This document shows positions 1 to 14,146 of a stretch of 64,000 nucleotides of DNA, piece after piece; position 1 is the first letter of the stretch; every line of letters starts with the position of its first letter. The stretch is from the human T2T-CHM13v2.0 reference genome, Homo sapiens, in NCBI RefSeq assembly GCF_009914755.1, contig NC_060944.1. One strand, given 5' to 3'. Made by a program: the position numbers and the translations under genes. The notes beneath the pieces were generated by a model. The model worked only from the letters and a program-made list of their open reading frames with translations, was not told the DNA's origin and did no database searches.

Positions 1-940
1 TCTCAAAAGCAGTCCCATTTAGATGATAAATTACATCATCACCCCAAAACCCTACTTTCCATTTCAGAGCACTTTATGTTCCCATGTCCAAACTCCATTT
101 CACTCTAGGTCACTTAAGGTCAAAAATCACTTGTGCCTTTTAACGTGTCTCTGAGAGAACAAAGTGTTCTTTCCAGTGAAATCTGTCTAGGGCTGAGAGA
201 AAATAAATGAATATCACTTCTCTCTCCTTGTAATACCTCATGGGGACAAATGAAGTTTCCTCGAAGAGTTACCACTGGATGTATAAGAACAGGGCATGTT
301 TTTAAAGTGCAGCTACAAAAATCAGTAGAAGTGCCTTATCCCATGGACACCTACGGGAGTGAAGCTGCCTGCTTGTGTACAGGCAAAGCACACTTGGATG
401 CAAGTGGCCTTCAGGATATGACTGTGGAGAAGATTCTTCCTATTCCTTCCGCCCCTCTTTCCTACCAGTTACCCCCACAAAGGTTATCGTGGTAGCAATC
501 TCATTACAGCCGGTAATCATGCTAGGGCAGAAAGTGTGGTCCAGGGCTTTAGTCTGGGAGAGACTTCTGTTTTACACAACAGCTGCCCCCCTCCACCCCT
601 CACGGAGGGCATCATAACCAGCTGCCTACTCCTTGTTGGCACCATCCAAATTGCTCTTGATGAATGAAGCCCAATCTACAAAAGGTCTCTTTGTTGTGGT
701 CGTGCCTGCCTTTCAAACTCCCCAAGTATAAGCCTCTGTCTGGAATACTGCTGGCTTCTTTACATAGTGCCTGAAATCACAGCTGAGAAGAACCAGTCTA
801 ACTTAATCTTAAAACGAGTGACTTGTGGCAATTTAATAGTTGGTTCTCTAACAATTATTTGAATATCTATAATTAATTAAATATCAAATACAGTAAAAAG
901 GAAATGCTTATGTTTTAGTATTACAGAAAAAAAGACTTAC

Positions 941-1051
941 TTCTGCCATTTTCCGAGGCAGAGAGGTTTCAAACATCTGAAGCTTCTCCCAGTAGGAAAC
1001 CAGCAACTGAAGGACATCGCAAGCTACCTGGGCCACGATTTTGTTGGGAAA
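941..1051 (-). CDS. RALGAPA2: RALGAPA2 coding exon (111 nt), ~exon 28: [37 protein letters not shown]
   Basis: Acceptor tttccttttatag|, donor GAA|gtaagt. Phase 0-0. The gene continues past the left edge. Confidence 0.95.
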
Positions 1052-2069
1052 CTATAAAAGGAAACCGAATCCCAAAGCAGACACATAACTTAACAGGTGT
1101 ATCGTTCTTAAGGACAAAATAGTTATTTCTTCTCAGTTCCTTATAGATTACATTTATCTGTTTTGCCTCAAATTGATGAAAAATATGTCCTATTACCACA
1201 GAGTTTAGACATCGTCACATCACCATTTTAAAACTGTCTCTTCTCTAGCCTCACTGTGTTAATTTACATAACGTTCTACAGGAACAAGGAGCTTTCATTT
1301 ACTCATTTGGAAATTAAAACCATAATTCAAATTTCTTATTCAGCTCACATAAATCATATTTTTGACAACTAGAGAAAATTAAAATGTACCCCCATACACT
1401 GAACCTTTTACAAGGATTTTACTCATTCTCTCACTGATAAATCTTCACTGACAGCTCTGCAAGGTAGATGTTATTTTCATTTTACACATGGAGAAACAGG
1501 GATTGATCAAATGGCTTTCTATCCTATGAAATAAAACTTGACCTACATGTATAACATACTAAGAATGTGTAAAATTAGAGTGTAGGAGAAGATAACTAAT
1601 GAATTATGGTATACTCAATTATTTTGAGTATGTTTCCTGAGGCTGGCGTGCATCTCAAGTCACCAACAAGGGCTGGATGCTTCCATTGATTGCGAGGCAG
1701 CATGTCTAAGGGCAGCACCTTCAAGGTCTTACTTTTTCATGCTGGGAGAGCACAGAAGGGACAAGGGCACCCTCTGCTTCCCTCCCTGGCCAGAACATGG
1801 GGCTACACCATTATCCATATCTCATTATCTATAGCAGGAAAGGTTCGTCGCTGACCCTAGTCTAGGGACACCTCACTCTAAGCCACATGAAGCAGACCAT
1901 CATCAACTTTTAGTGCCCCAGTGACAAATGTACAGAATAAGGAAGAAGATAAGGGAAAGGTTTTTAATTCTACAGAATAAACAGTTACTGACTACCCCTA
2001 CCTGAGAGGCACTAGCTAAACCCAGGGTTGTAGTCGTTGCACTCAGGGGCTCTTCACAGCCTTCTCTGG

Positions 2070-2470
2070 CCACAGAGACCTCACATCCCAGATGACCCAA
2101 TTTCCACTGACCTTGTTCCATCTCTCAAACACTCTGGCTTGCTTCTGCCCCATGGCCTTTGCACCTGCTCCTTCCCAACTTTGCTTGGAACACTTAATCC
2201 CCAGGTCTGCATGTGGCTTGCATTGTTATACCTTTCAAATTGTGGCACAAAATGTCATCTCCTCCCTGAGGCCACCACACCGCCCTCCCCCCACACCCCC
2301 AAGAGCTGGGTGGTGGCCCACCCCCTCAGCTCTTCAGCTTCATCCTATTCCCCTATTAGATCTCCTTCACAGCATTACAGGCTATCAGCGCTGACCTTTT
2401 TGTTTGTTATTTTCCTGCATATATTGTTCACCACTGTATCTTTAATGCCTAGCATGGCCCCCTTAAGGAT
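2070..2470 (+). mobile_element. LINE L2 3' fragment (degenerate)
   Basis: ggcctttgcacctgct...aaatgtcatctcctc...ttgttcaccactgtatc match the L2 3' end consensus. Boundaries approximate. Confidence 0.65.
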
Positions 2471-4172
2471 GTGCGTGGTGTGCCTAAGGTGAAGATGAAA
2501 CTCTGAGAGAGTGGGAGAACATGAGTGGGCACTGTGTGTGTTGCTGATGCACCACAGTGGCAGAGTCACCAGGTGGAAAGATAAGGCTGGCAAAGCTCTG
2601 AACTCAAGAAGCTGGAAACAGACAAGGGAAAATTACGAGAGCCCACAGACAAGACACAAAAGCTATGGGCAGACAGGAGTGGGACATGAGGCTTGGGGGA
2701 AAACAGGCAGAGAGAAGGCATCGTGGAGGGAGAGGAGAGCTAAGCTGCGCCTGGAGAATGCAGGGGGGATGTGGGGTCTCCTTCCAGGTATGGGTGGCAA
2801 GGCCCAGGCACCAAGGTAGGAAAGGTCGGTCGGATACAGGGGGCTGCAGGCAGGGTGGTGTTACTGACATGTAATGAAGGAGGTGGGGAATGGTGGAGAT
2901 GAAATAAGCCATTCATTTGCTCTCTCACTTCTCCAGCATATAGTCATAGAACACCAACAGAGTGCCATGCTGAGCGCTCCAGCCTGTGGGCTGCACAGGT
3001 CAGCCTGTGCATGGACAGATCCCTCTGACGGTGGTATGAACAGTAATCTGTGGGGGCCAGTCTAGGACTGGTGACTCTGATCAGGAGGCTGAGTATTGGC
3101 AGGGTGAGTGTGTGAGGGATGGACTTGGGCAGTGGGTGGGACGGACGATGGGTATTCAATGGGCATTCAGGAAGTACAGCTGGCAGGACTCAAAGCCAGA
3201 AACAGTGGGGTAAGGAGAAGGAGGAAAGTCAGTCATGTCTCAGAAGACGAGGTGGGAGAAGGAGCAGGGCTGGGCAGTTCACAAGAGTTGGTGAGTATGG
3301 CTGTGGCTTAGAACCACCTCCCCCAACCACCCCATGCCTGCCATCCATCTGCTACCCCACCATAAACAAACCAGCCAACCAACACCTTGCTGAGTGGAAT
3401 GCTCTGCACATTCATGGGTGCACCTAGGTCACCCTTGCAGGGCATTTCTGAAGGGTTCTTACAAGAGGGGTGGTGCTGGCTTTATGTGGAGCCCGTAAAG
3501 CAGGAAGCCCTGCCAGAGCTTGCACTCTCCGCTACCCATGAAGCAGGCTGAGGCTGGGCTGGGGGTGGGGCCAAGGCCCCCACTGCCTCCTCTTTCTCCA
3601 TCTCTCCCTCCTGGCAGAGCCCCAAAGCCTCCTAGAGTCCCCTGTTCTCATAGTGGTGGTTGTTCTCCTCGTTCCTTGTAGCAACTCTTTCCCTCCCAGT
3701 CCTCATTTCTTCGATTTATGTGCTATGTCCTTAGGTAAAACAACCCAGTTGCCACAGCAACACGGAAACTAGAGGGAGGCAGGAGAGGAGGGCAGTGGGG
3801 AGGGAGGTGTCCTCAGAGACCAGGACTTAAGTCAATGAGTTTCCTGTTATTAATAATGGTTAAAGACAGAACAACTTGGCTGCATCCTGATCCCTCTGCT
3901 TTCTTAGCAATTCAAGCTGGAGTCAGTTCTTTGACCTTCCTCAGTCCTCTTCTCTTTTGCTGCTATCCAGAGGGGGGAGGATTCAACAGGACAATCTCCA
4001 TGCTGTGCTGGGATAGCGGACAGAGTGAGAGCTCAATATGTGGTAACTGCATTGTTTTTCTGGTGTCTTATATTTTCCCCCATAATTATAGAAAAGTTGC
4101 AGAAAGAATATCTATCCCTCTACTCTGTTATCAATTTCCATCTCTTTCCTATACTATATAGAAATATATATA

Positions 4173-4517
4173 CAGTCATGTACCTCCTAAATATGTTTTG
4201 GAAACATTTGGTAAGCACCACATATACAACACTAGTCCCATAAGCTTATAGTGCCATATTTTTACTGTACCTCTTCTATGTCTAGACATGTTTACTCAAG
4301 TACTTACCATTGTGTTCCAATTGAATATTCAGTTCCTACAGTATTTAGTACAGTAGTGTGCTGTATAGGTTTATAACCTCAGAGCAACAGGCCATCCCAC
4401 ACAGTCCAGAAACCATCTAGGTTTCTGTAATATTCTTTATGATGTTCACACAACAATGCAATCACCTAGCGACACTCTTCTTAGAATGTATCCCCATCAC
4501 TATGCGATGCGTGACTC
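4173..4517. mobile_element. Tigger3/MER7-family DNA transposon remnant (TcMar)
   Basis: Starts TA-cagtcatg and ends gcgtgactc (degenerate TIR). Internal gtcccataag..tttttactgtacc..ccatctaggttt signature. Confidence 0.75.
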
Positions 4518-5439
4518 TGTGTGTCTGTGTGTGTCTATCTCCTTCAATCTAACACACCGAGTTATTCATAGTTTTTCCATGGAAGGAGTAGAGATGGGGG
4601 AACCACCTTACATTAACTATATACATCTAGATTTAAGAAAAAATAAAAATTCAAAAACAGATCTTGGAATTGAAAAAGGGTATTTAAAAATGAATTGGAA
4701 TCTACATTGATCTATAATTTATAGCCAACTTGTTTTCACTTTAATAAATTATATGTAAATATTTCTCCATGGCTTTGGGAGTCAGGAGGTATCCCACACA
4801 CCTCAGTTGTGTAAAACTCCACACATGTGGCCAGAGTGTTCTGGGTTTGGCTTTGGCAAGCTCCTTCAGTTCCTAGTCAGTTCATCTACCTCATCTGTGA
4901 AGTGGAGGTGGCACTGACATTTCCCCTCACAGGGCAGCTCTGCGGATTAAACTTGCCTACAAAGGTCAGGGCTCAGCACCCTGCTGTGGCTGGAGGGACA
5001 CTCTTCTGTGATATTTTGGTTGGATAATTTTTCCATTCCTCATCACAGGGATCAGCAGCAAGTGTTTTTCCAGCTCCCATAATACAACCACCACCCCCAC
5101 CTCCACTAGGTGTTGTGGAGGAGAAATAGGGGAGGATGAGGCAATGGGGGTGGTCAGAGGGTGTACTTGGGGAACAGGAGGCATTGAGTTTGGTCAAGCA
5201 GGGGCCAGACGCCAAATCAAGGATGGGAGACAGCACTGGCTGGTCATCCTATGGGCAGAAGCAGATAATGCACAAAGGGTGGTACAGAGACTGTTGCTGG
5301 CCTGATGGCGACAGTCCCAGGCGTCAGCTGTAAGTGCCGTTGCTATTATAGCTGCATGTGGCAGGGGGCACAGAAGGGCATGCAGCAGCCTGAATGCTGG
5401 TGTTAGGTGGATGGTTCAGGGGTTGAACTTTGGCTCAGT

Positions 5440-5935
5440 GAGGTGGTCATTCTAGAGCCTTGAACAAGTTCCTTAATGATCCTGCACCTCAGTTCCTCCA
5501 CCAGTAAACTGAGGACGCTTACCCCTGAACTAAGAACTTCCACAAAACCCTCAGCACAGCGCCTGGCAGAGACCAGGCACTCACTGGTTCCCTAAGTGTG
5601 ATAATGGCAATGCTATTTATTACCACCATTTCCAAGCAGGACCTAGGAAAGGATCCAGCAGGATTTGAGCTCTGGCTTAGAGGCAGCCTAACAGCACCTG
5701 TGAAAGTTCAAGCATGTCTTTAACACCACACAGATCTGCTTTTATTGCTGGTTCCATCACTTATACCTGTGTGGCCTCGGGCTTGTGACCTAATTTCTCT
5801 GGGCCTTGATTTCCTCTGGTATAAAACAGAAATTGCAACATCTATCTTGCAGAGCTGTCTTGAAGATTAACAGAATTATTTAGAGTTCGCCATTACTCTG
5901 ACCTAGTGTGAGTGCCCAGTGAATGGCAGTTCTTC
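5440..5935 (+). mobile_element. Two MIR SINE fragments (~5440-5620, ~5750-5935)
   Basis: MIR core-like caagttccttaa..cctcagttcctc..gtaaa and ctgtgtggcctcgggc..tctctgggccttgatttcctc..tataaaa. Confidence 0.6.
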
Positions 5936-6375
5936 TTCTCATTAACAAAACAAAGAAACAAAGATGTCCTTAAAGTGCCCAAGATTCAGCCAGATGGTGA
6001 ACACTGAGAGGCCTAACTGGAAGGTGTGGAGGCCTCTCCCAGGCCTGCTGAAGAGGCCAGAGCACGACACCCCACTCTCTTGTCACCCCCACCAACAGGT
6101 GACAGGTGACCTCTTTGCGACAGGAGCTTCCCAGCCACCAGAGGAACCCATTTGGCCACTGGTCCAGGAAGACTCGAGACACTCGTGGCCAGGCTGCAGC
6201 TGCCAGCAGGGGAGCATCCGTTGGTGCCCCTCCCGGGAGCCTCACAGCACATGCAATGGGAATCACAATCCCTCTGTCATTTGGGGGATAAAAAAGATGG
6301 GGCTAATTCAAACTCAAACTGTTAAATGCCTCAGATATGGCTTAATATCCAATCAGCACCACAAACTGGTAATAC

Positions 6376-6484
6376 CTTCAGAGTTACTCCTATCACATTG
6401 ATGGCCTCTTTCACCTGAGGGTGGCTTGTACACTGTGCAAGCTCTTCACATATCCAGACCCCAAGGGAGCAAACAGCAATGCAT
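6376..6484 (-). CDS. RALGAPA2: RALGAPA2 coding exon (109 nt): (R)[36 protein letters not shown]
   Basis: Acceptor ttcttctttttaaaaag|, donor AAG|gtatta. Phase 2 to 0. Carries the CSLGxWICEEL motif. Confidence 0.95.
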
Positions 6485-7079
6485 CTTTTTAAAAAGAAGA
6501 AAACAGAGGAAAACTCTCATGAAACTTAATATACTTTCTCAGTATTTTCAAATAACAAAACACTTTAAATCTATTTATACAAAATAGCAAATATTATAGA
6601 TCTATTAGCAGAATGTTTTCTTGAAAGAAAAGATAAAGAACCCTCAATAGGCCAATTTTCAGGACAAATAGAAATATTGATAATGGTTTAGTACTTAAAT
6701 ATTTAATTAAACAAATGGCATATTTTCTATTAATTGTCACAGCCCATATATATCACTTAGTTTTGTTGAAACTAATAGGTTATTACATTTGACTGTTTCA
6801 AGATATTTTTGAGGAAGAATAAGAAACATAAATCTGAGAAAACTGTCAAAAATTGTGTTTGTAATTGTTTTCTTTACCATAATATGCACAATACCTATAC
6901 CACAAACATAAAACAAATGCTATATTTTATTTTAAAGTATATTTAAATACAACTTTCAAAATAAATTTCACTGTTAATTCTTCTCAACAGTGTGCTAGGA
7001 CCAGATATTCTTCACAGAAAGCCGACCATGCCATATACATTTCTATTCTGTTTTTAACTACACAGAAATTTGGCTTTCT

Positions 7080-7560
7080 ACACTAAAGAAAGAGAGAGGA
7101 AGAAGAATTGCCAAGACTTGATGGTTTAGATGCAGTAGGTGTAGGAAAAAGAAGAAATCAAGGGTTTTCTCTAAATTTCTGAACTGAAAACCTGGGGGAA
7201 TGGTGGGGCCATGTGGTGAGATGAAATCTGAGGAACAGTCAGCTCGGGGGGTCAGAAGGAGACTCAAGGGCTCAGTTATGGTTGTGTTAAAACATTCAAG
7301 TTGAGATGTCAAGTAGGCCGTTTAATATATAAGTCTGAATATAAAAGGGGTTCACTGAAGAGGCAGGTAAATAAATGAGCAAGAAGATGGTATTTAAAGG
7401 CTGATCAGAATAAGAGTGCCCAGGAAGTCATAGAGAGAATAGGCCCAGCCCTAAGCCCTGCGTCACTCTAACATTCATCAGAGATTAGGTAGAGGAGGAG
7501 AGGTCAGCAAAAGGGACAGAAAGGAGAAAGTTCAGTGAGGCAGGAGCAAAATTAGGGAAT
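7080..7560 (-). mobile_element. LINE L2 fragment
   Basis: gagatgtcaagtaggc..aatatataagtctg..gatggtatttaaag match the reverse-strand L2 signature. Confidence 0.6.
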
Positions 7561-7629
7561 TATGTTCTGAGGAACATGCACTATTCAGGAAAAGAGTAAC
7601 GAGAGACTAGCTGCAGGCTTGGTAAGTAT

Positions 7630-9620
<1,991 letters not shown>

Positions 9621-10433
9621 TATTATCAGTTTAGCTTCTGGTAAAAGCAGACTAGGAAATTTGAACTAACCCATCTACTGAAGATAACCAAAGAAATTAG
9701 ACAAAATACAAGAGAAAAAACACTTAAAATCATCAAATAGCTGGTAAGGCAGTGATGAATGATGGGCTGCTGTCTTGGAATGAGGCTACAGAGGGAGCAG
9801 AACATGAACCGTTCCTAGGAGGGAGTAAGAGGCTGAGCTGGGCTTCTGGTGATCTTATGGGGTTTGAAATTGAGGATCAGAGACAGGTGTTCCCCTCCAT
9901 TAGCATTCCCAGCTTTGGTCTTCACGTTGGGAGGAGAGGCAGAAACTTTTCAATACGTAAGTGGCCCAGAAAACCTCATATATCTTGATCATAGGTTGCT
10001 AGCAACCTCAGATGCCTGGCAGAAGCAGCCAGAATATTTCCAGACACTGCCAAATGTCTCCTGGTGTAAAAGATCATCACTGGTTGAGAGTCACTACCCT
10101 ACACATACACCATTTCTATAAATATTTGGTTTATATTTTCATTTTCTTTCTTCTTGAAAATATCAGAGGATACATGATTATATTTGTAATCTTGCTTTTT
10201 CTCACACAAAATAGTGTACTATATACTCTTCTGCACTTTACAATTTTTACTTAATAATGACATCTTTTTAAATAATCATGCAAAGCATCTTCCTGGCATC
10301 ATTCTTCCTAGACTTTTCAGTCTGTATAAGAGCTATGTGAAAGAATAAGTGTTTTCTTTTGTAACATTAACTACTTACACATAAATGTGTATCTTAAAAT
10401 TCTAAAATAGTTTACCTCTTATTCAACATTTAC

Positions 10434-10492
10434 CTTGCATATTCATTTGGTTCTTCTGTGGCATTCTTCAGTAAAATATTTATGAGGTAATG
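10434..10492 (-). CDS. RALGAPA2: RALGAPA2 coding exon (59 nt): HYLINILLKNATEEPNEYA+ag
   Basis: Acceptor ttttgtgtttttag|, donor AAG|gtaaat. Phase 0 to 2. Confidence 0.94.
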
Positions 10493-11344
10493 CTAAAAAC
10501 ACAAAATTAAGTAAAATAAAAACTTTGTGTCATAGTTGGTTTCCCACATGTTCTGACCATGTTCCAGGCAGCCAGGAGCTACTGAAGTTCGACCAGGGAG
10601 CTCAGAGAGCTCATCTATGAGTGAGAGCCTGGGGGGAAGAAGAACACTGGGCTCGGGGGAGCGGGTGGTAGAAGATGGGGGTCTCCACAGGGCCTCCTTA
10701 GGCCATTCAGCCCGCGGGAGTAGAGCGCTTCTGGTATAAAGCAAATCAGACTTCCAGATAGGAAAATCTCGGTTTTCTTTTACTTCAATTGAATTATATG
10801 TTGTACACTGAATTATATACTGTAATTATGTTTTATAGTTTGATTGATTCTGGGATTCTAAAAGCATTTTTGTTTACCTCAAAGTCAGCTGAGGAGAGAA
10901 CAAATGCTTACTTTTATTCTCCAATAAATAATTTAGAATCTCAAAGTATTAGCAGTATTTAATCAGGCCAACAAGGGGATTGAATATTTAGCTTATTTCC
11001 ATTATTTCTTATAAATTAACTTGATGCACTAATGCAGTTAGTTAAGCTAATAAAATTATTACAAAGGGCAATTCACTACATGATTATGATCCTTAGGTCC
11101 AATAAACAGGTATAATAAAAAACACCTGCTATAGCTACAGCTATAAGGTCTAACTGCAATATACTCTGAATTTAACACATGCATAGCCCATGAATAGTCT
11201 TCTAGAAACAACTACTGAAACATTTAAAAGATACAGCAAAACTTCAGGAATAAGCAGATTAATATACACTAATGGAAGAGATAATCATACATCTAGAATT
11301 ATAAAAAGTACTAAACTTGAGATACAGTCAAATGCGTTATGTAC

Positions 11345-11473
11345 CTTGACATCTTCAGTTCCTGTAATGGCCTCATTTACTTCTGGCACTGACTGCAGTA
11401 AAGGAATCTCCTGGTAGGTATTTGGAAAGCAGACCAGAGAGCCGAGGACAGTGACAGCCTCTGAACGAGGCGC
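11345..11473 (-). CDS. RALGAPA2: RALGAPA2 coding exon (129 nt): [43 protein letters not shown]
   Basis: Acceptor cttccttatgtgcag|, donor AAG|gtacat. Lies within ORF 11285..11500. Carries the LGSLVCFPN motif. Confidence 0.96.
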
Positions 11474-11971
11474 CTGCACATAAGGAAGAGGAGCACACAC
11501 ATTTCTCTTTTTGTAAGTTAGAAACGTTAAATAAGTGACATGTTTTACTCTTCATCCTAGATAAAAAATACCAAACTTGGCCGAGTTATTCTCTTCCAAG
11601 TGCATATTTAAGCAAAAGAGGTTTGCCTAAATGAAAAAGCAAATTTCTAAGTAATGGAAAATATCACTGTACTTGGATGTAAACAAGTGTTGTGGAAACT
11701 GATCTGCAGATTCATTCAGAATTAGAAAGGCCAATGACTCTGTCATGACTGTTTACATTGTTTTACTGCTAATGTTCTCAACAAAGCAGGGTAAAGGATA
11801 TCAACTGAATACCATTTTGCTGTTAAGAACAATTAAGGAAAATTCATAGGGAAGTAGAGATGGAGGTAACTATCGGAGAGTAGAAAGAGAAGACAAACTA
11901 TCAAATTTCCCATCTACTGCCAAGAACTGCTTTACGAAAAAATATAATGAGATACTATATCACTATATCTA

Positions 11972-12329
<358 letters not shown>

Positions 12330-12444
12330 GGCATTTCACTAGATTTCAACTCAGCCAACACTAGCAGATATGGTTAGCCAAGAATAGGGGACTACACAGG
12401 TCTGTCATCAATCTACTCACCTATCTGTCCATCTATATGTCTAC

Positions 12445-12700
12445 TATTATGTAATAAAACAATGAAAGCTCACATTTAAGGAGTTCTCACTCTGTGCTAG
12501 GCACTCTTCTAAGTGCTGTACAAGCATTTCTTCATAAAGTCCCCTCACCAACCCAATGAAGAAGAGGCTACTGTTTTCATTTTCCAGTGAGAAAACTGAC
12601 GCCAAAGAAGTTAAGCAGCTTTTCAGTGTCATATGGCTCCTAAGTGATGCACCCTGGATTTGAACTGAGGCCATCTAGCTCCAGGTCCAGACTGAGCCTA
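12445..12700 (-). mobile_element. MIR SINE
   Basis: ctgtgctaggcact..attttccagtgagaaaactga..aagttaagcagctt..ggatttgaact match the MIR reverse strand. Confidence 0.7.
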
Positions 12701-13529
12701 CAGTTAAGCACTTGGGCTATAAAATCAAAGAGAGCTTTTCTCCCTCAGAGAGATGAGGCGCAGTATGTGAGGTAGGTGAGGAGAGGCAAATAACAGCTAC
12801 ACACAATTCAGTGAAGCACCTGCTAGGAGAGCAACATACTGAGGATAGCATGGGAGCCCAGTCCTTCATTTTTTTACCTAGCTTGGTTCCCATAAGTACA
12901 CAGGTAAATAAAAGGCAATATAAAGCACAGCAGAGCTATTCCATGGGATGAGGCAAGGATTGGTTCTGCTCAGGATGTTTAGGAAACCTAAAACAAACTA
13001 CTGCTAAGGGCCACAGAGGAGAGTAGAAATCAGGCAGGCTGGCGGTGGGTGAGGGAGCCAGTTGAGTAGGGAAGAGGAAGGTGTCCATGAGATGGGAGGC
13101 TGAAAGGGTCAGAAGCAGTCGTTCCCAAAGTATGTTCCACTAGGGCCACAGGGACTGTGAAAGGGCAAAATCAAAGACTCCCGGGAAAAAGACGTTGCAG
13201 AGACATTTGGCTAAGCACAATTAAACAAAAGCCTTTAACATGTTATTGTACACTGTGAATTTCCAAGTGAAGAAGTGTATTTCCCAAAATTATTTGACTA
13301 TGAACCTGGCTTTCTTCCTTCCCTTTCCCCCAAAGTATCTGGGGAGATTACTGTTCTGAAGAAGACTTTTTGAAATGCTTGTCCTGAGGTTAGGAGAGAA
13401 AAGTCTGGGATAACAATTCACATGTGTTCAGAGGAACTGAATGCATGCGTCTTTGTGGAGTGCAGAGAGAGAGAAGTGATGACAGAGGTAGGAGCCCTGA
13501 GGACGAAGAGACAGACAACAGGAAGAATA

Positions 13530-13870
13530 TCATTACCAACCCACAGAAGTCCTCTTTGTGCCCCTCCCATGATAGCCTCCCCTCCTGCAAAGTAACCGTA
13601 TTCTGCTGTAACACCACAGATTGGTTTTGTCTGGTTTTTCAATTAAATAAATGAAATTAGAGTATATGTTCTTTTGTGTCTGACTTCTTTCACTCATTAT
13701 GTTATGTAACCGATCCTGTGTTTTCATTGTATATAATAATCCATCTTATGTACACACTATAATTTAACTGTTCTACTGCTGATGGGCATTTGGATTGGCT
13801 CTAGGCTTTGGCTGTTACAAATAATGTTGCTGTGCACAAGCTTCTCCTCATCTCTTGGTGACTTGTGCGA
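13530..13870 (-). mobile_element. Old L1M (L1ME/MB-like) 3' UTR fragment
   Basis: ttttgtgtctgacttctttcactca..gatgggcatttgg..ttacaaataatgttgctg. Confidence 0.65.
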
Positions 13871-14146
13871 GCCATCTGTGCATCTTCCTCCCCCACTGCC
13901 TCAGTGGGGCAGTCCTACCTAGCAGGGGTACTTCAAACTGGTAATTACCTTGTGCTAACTGAAAATTCTGACTGAGCAGGTGTGCTCCAGCCCAAACACC
14001 TTTCACCAGTTCCTCTACAATTTTAACCTCAAGTTTAAACAAGAAAGTACTATCATTCAGAGTGTGATTCCTTCATGTAACTCTTACACATTCTCATTCA
14101 TATTCTCTCTCTTTTTAAAAAAACATTTTGGAAGGCTACTTTATTA

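Noticed and set aside
2037-3427. Cluster of overlapping 60-150 aa ORFs
   Set aside because: GC-richer intron, partly L2. No recognisable protein or splice structure, so chance ORFs.
5358-6216. Partial CTCF-like motifs at 5358-5371 and 6203-6216
   Set aside because: Each misses several core consensus positions.
5964-6401. 145-aa plus-strand ORF antisense to the exon at 6376
   Set aside because: No recognisable homology, promoter or CpG island. Open frames are expected in GC-rich sequence.
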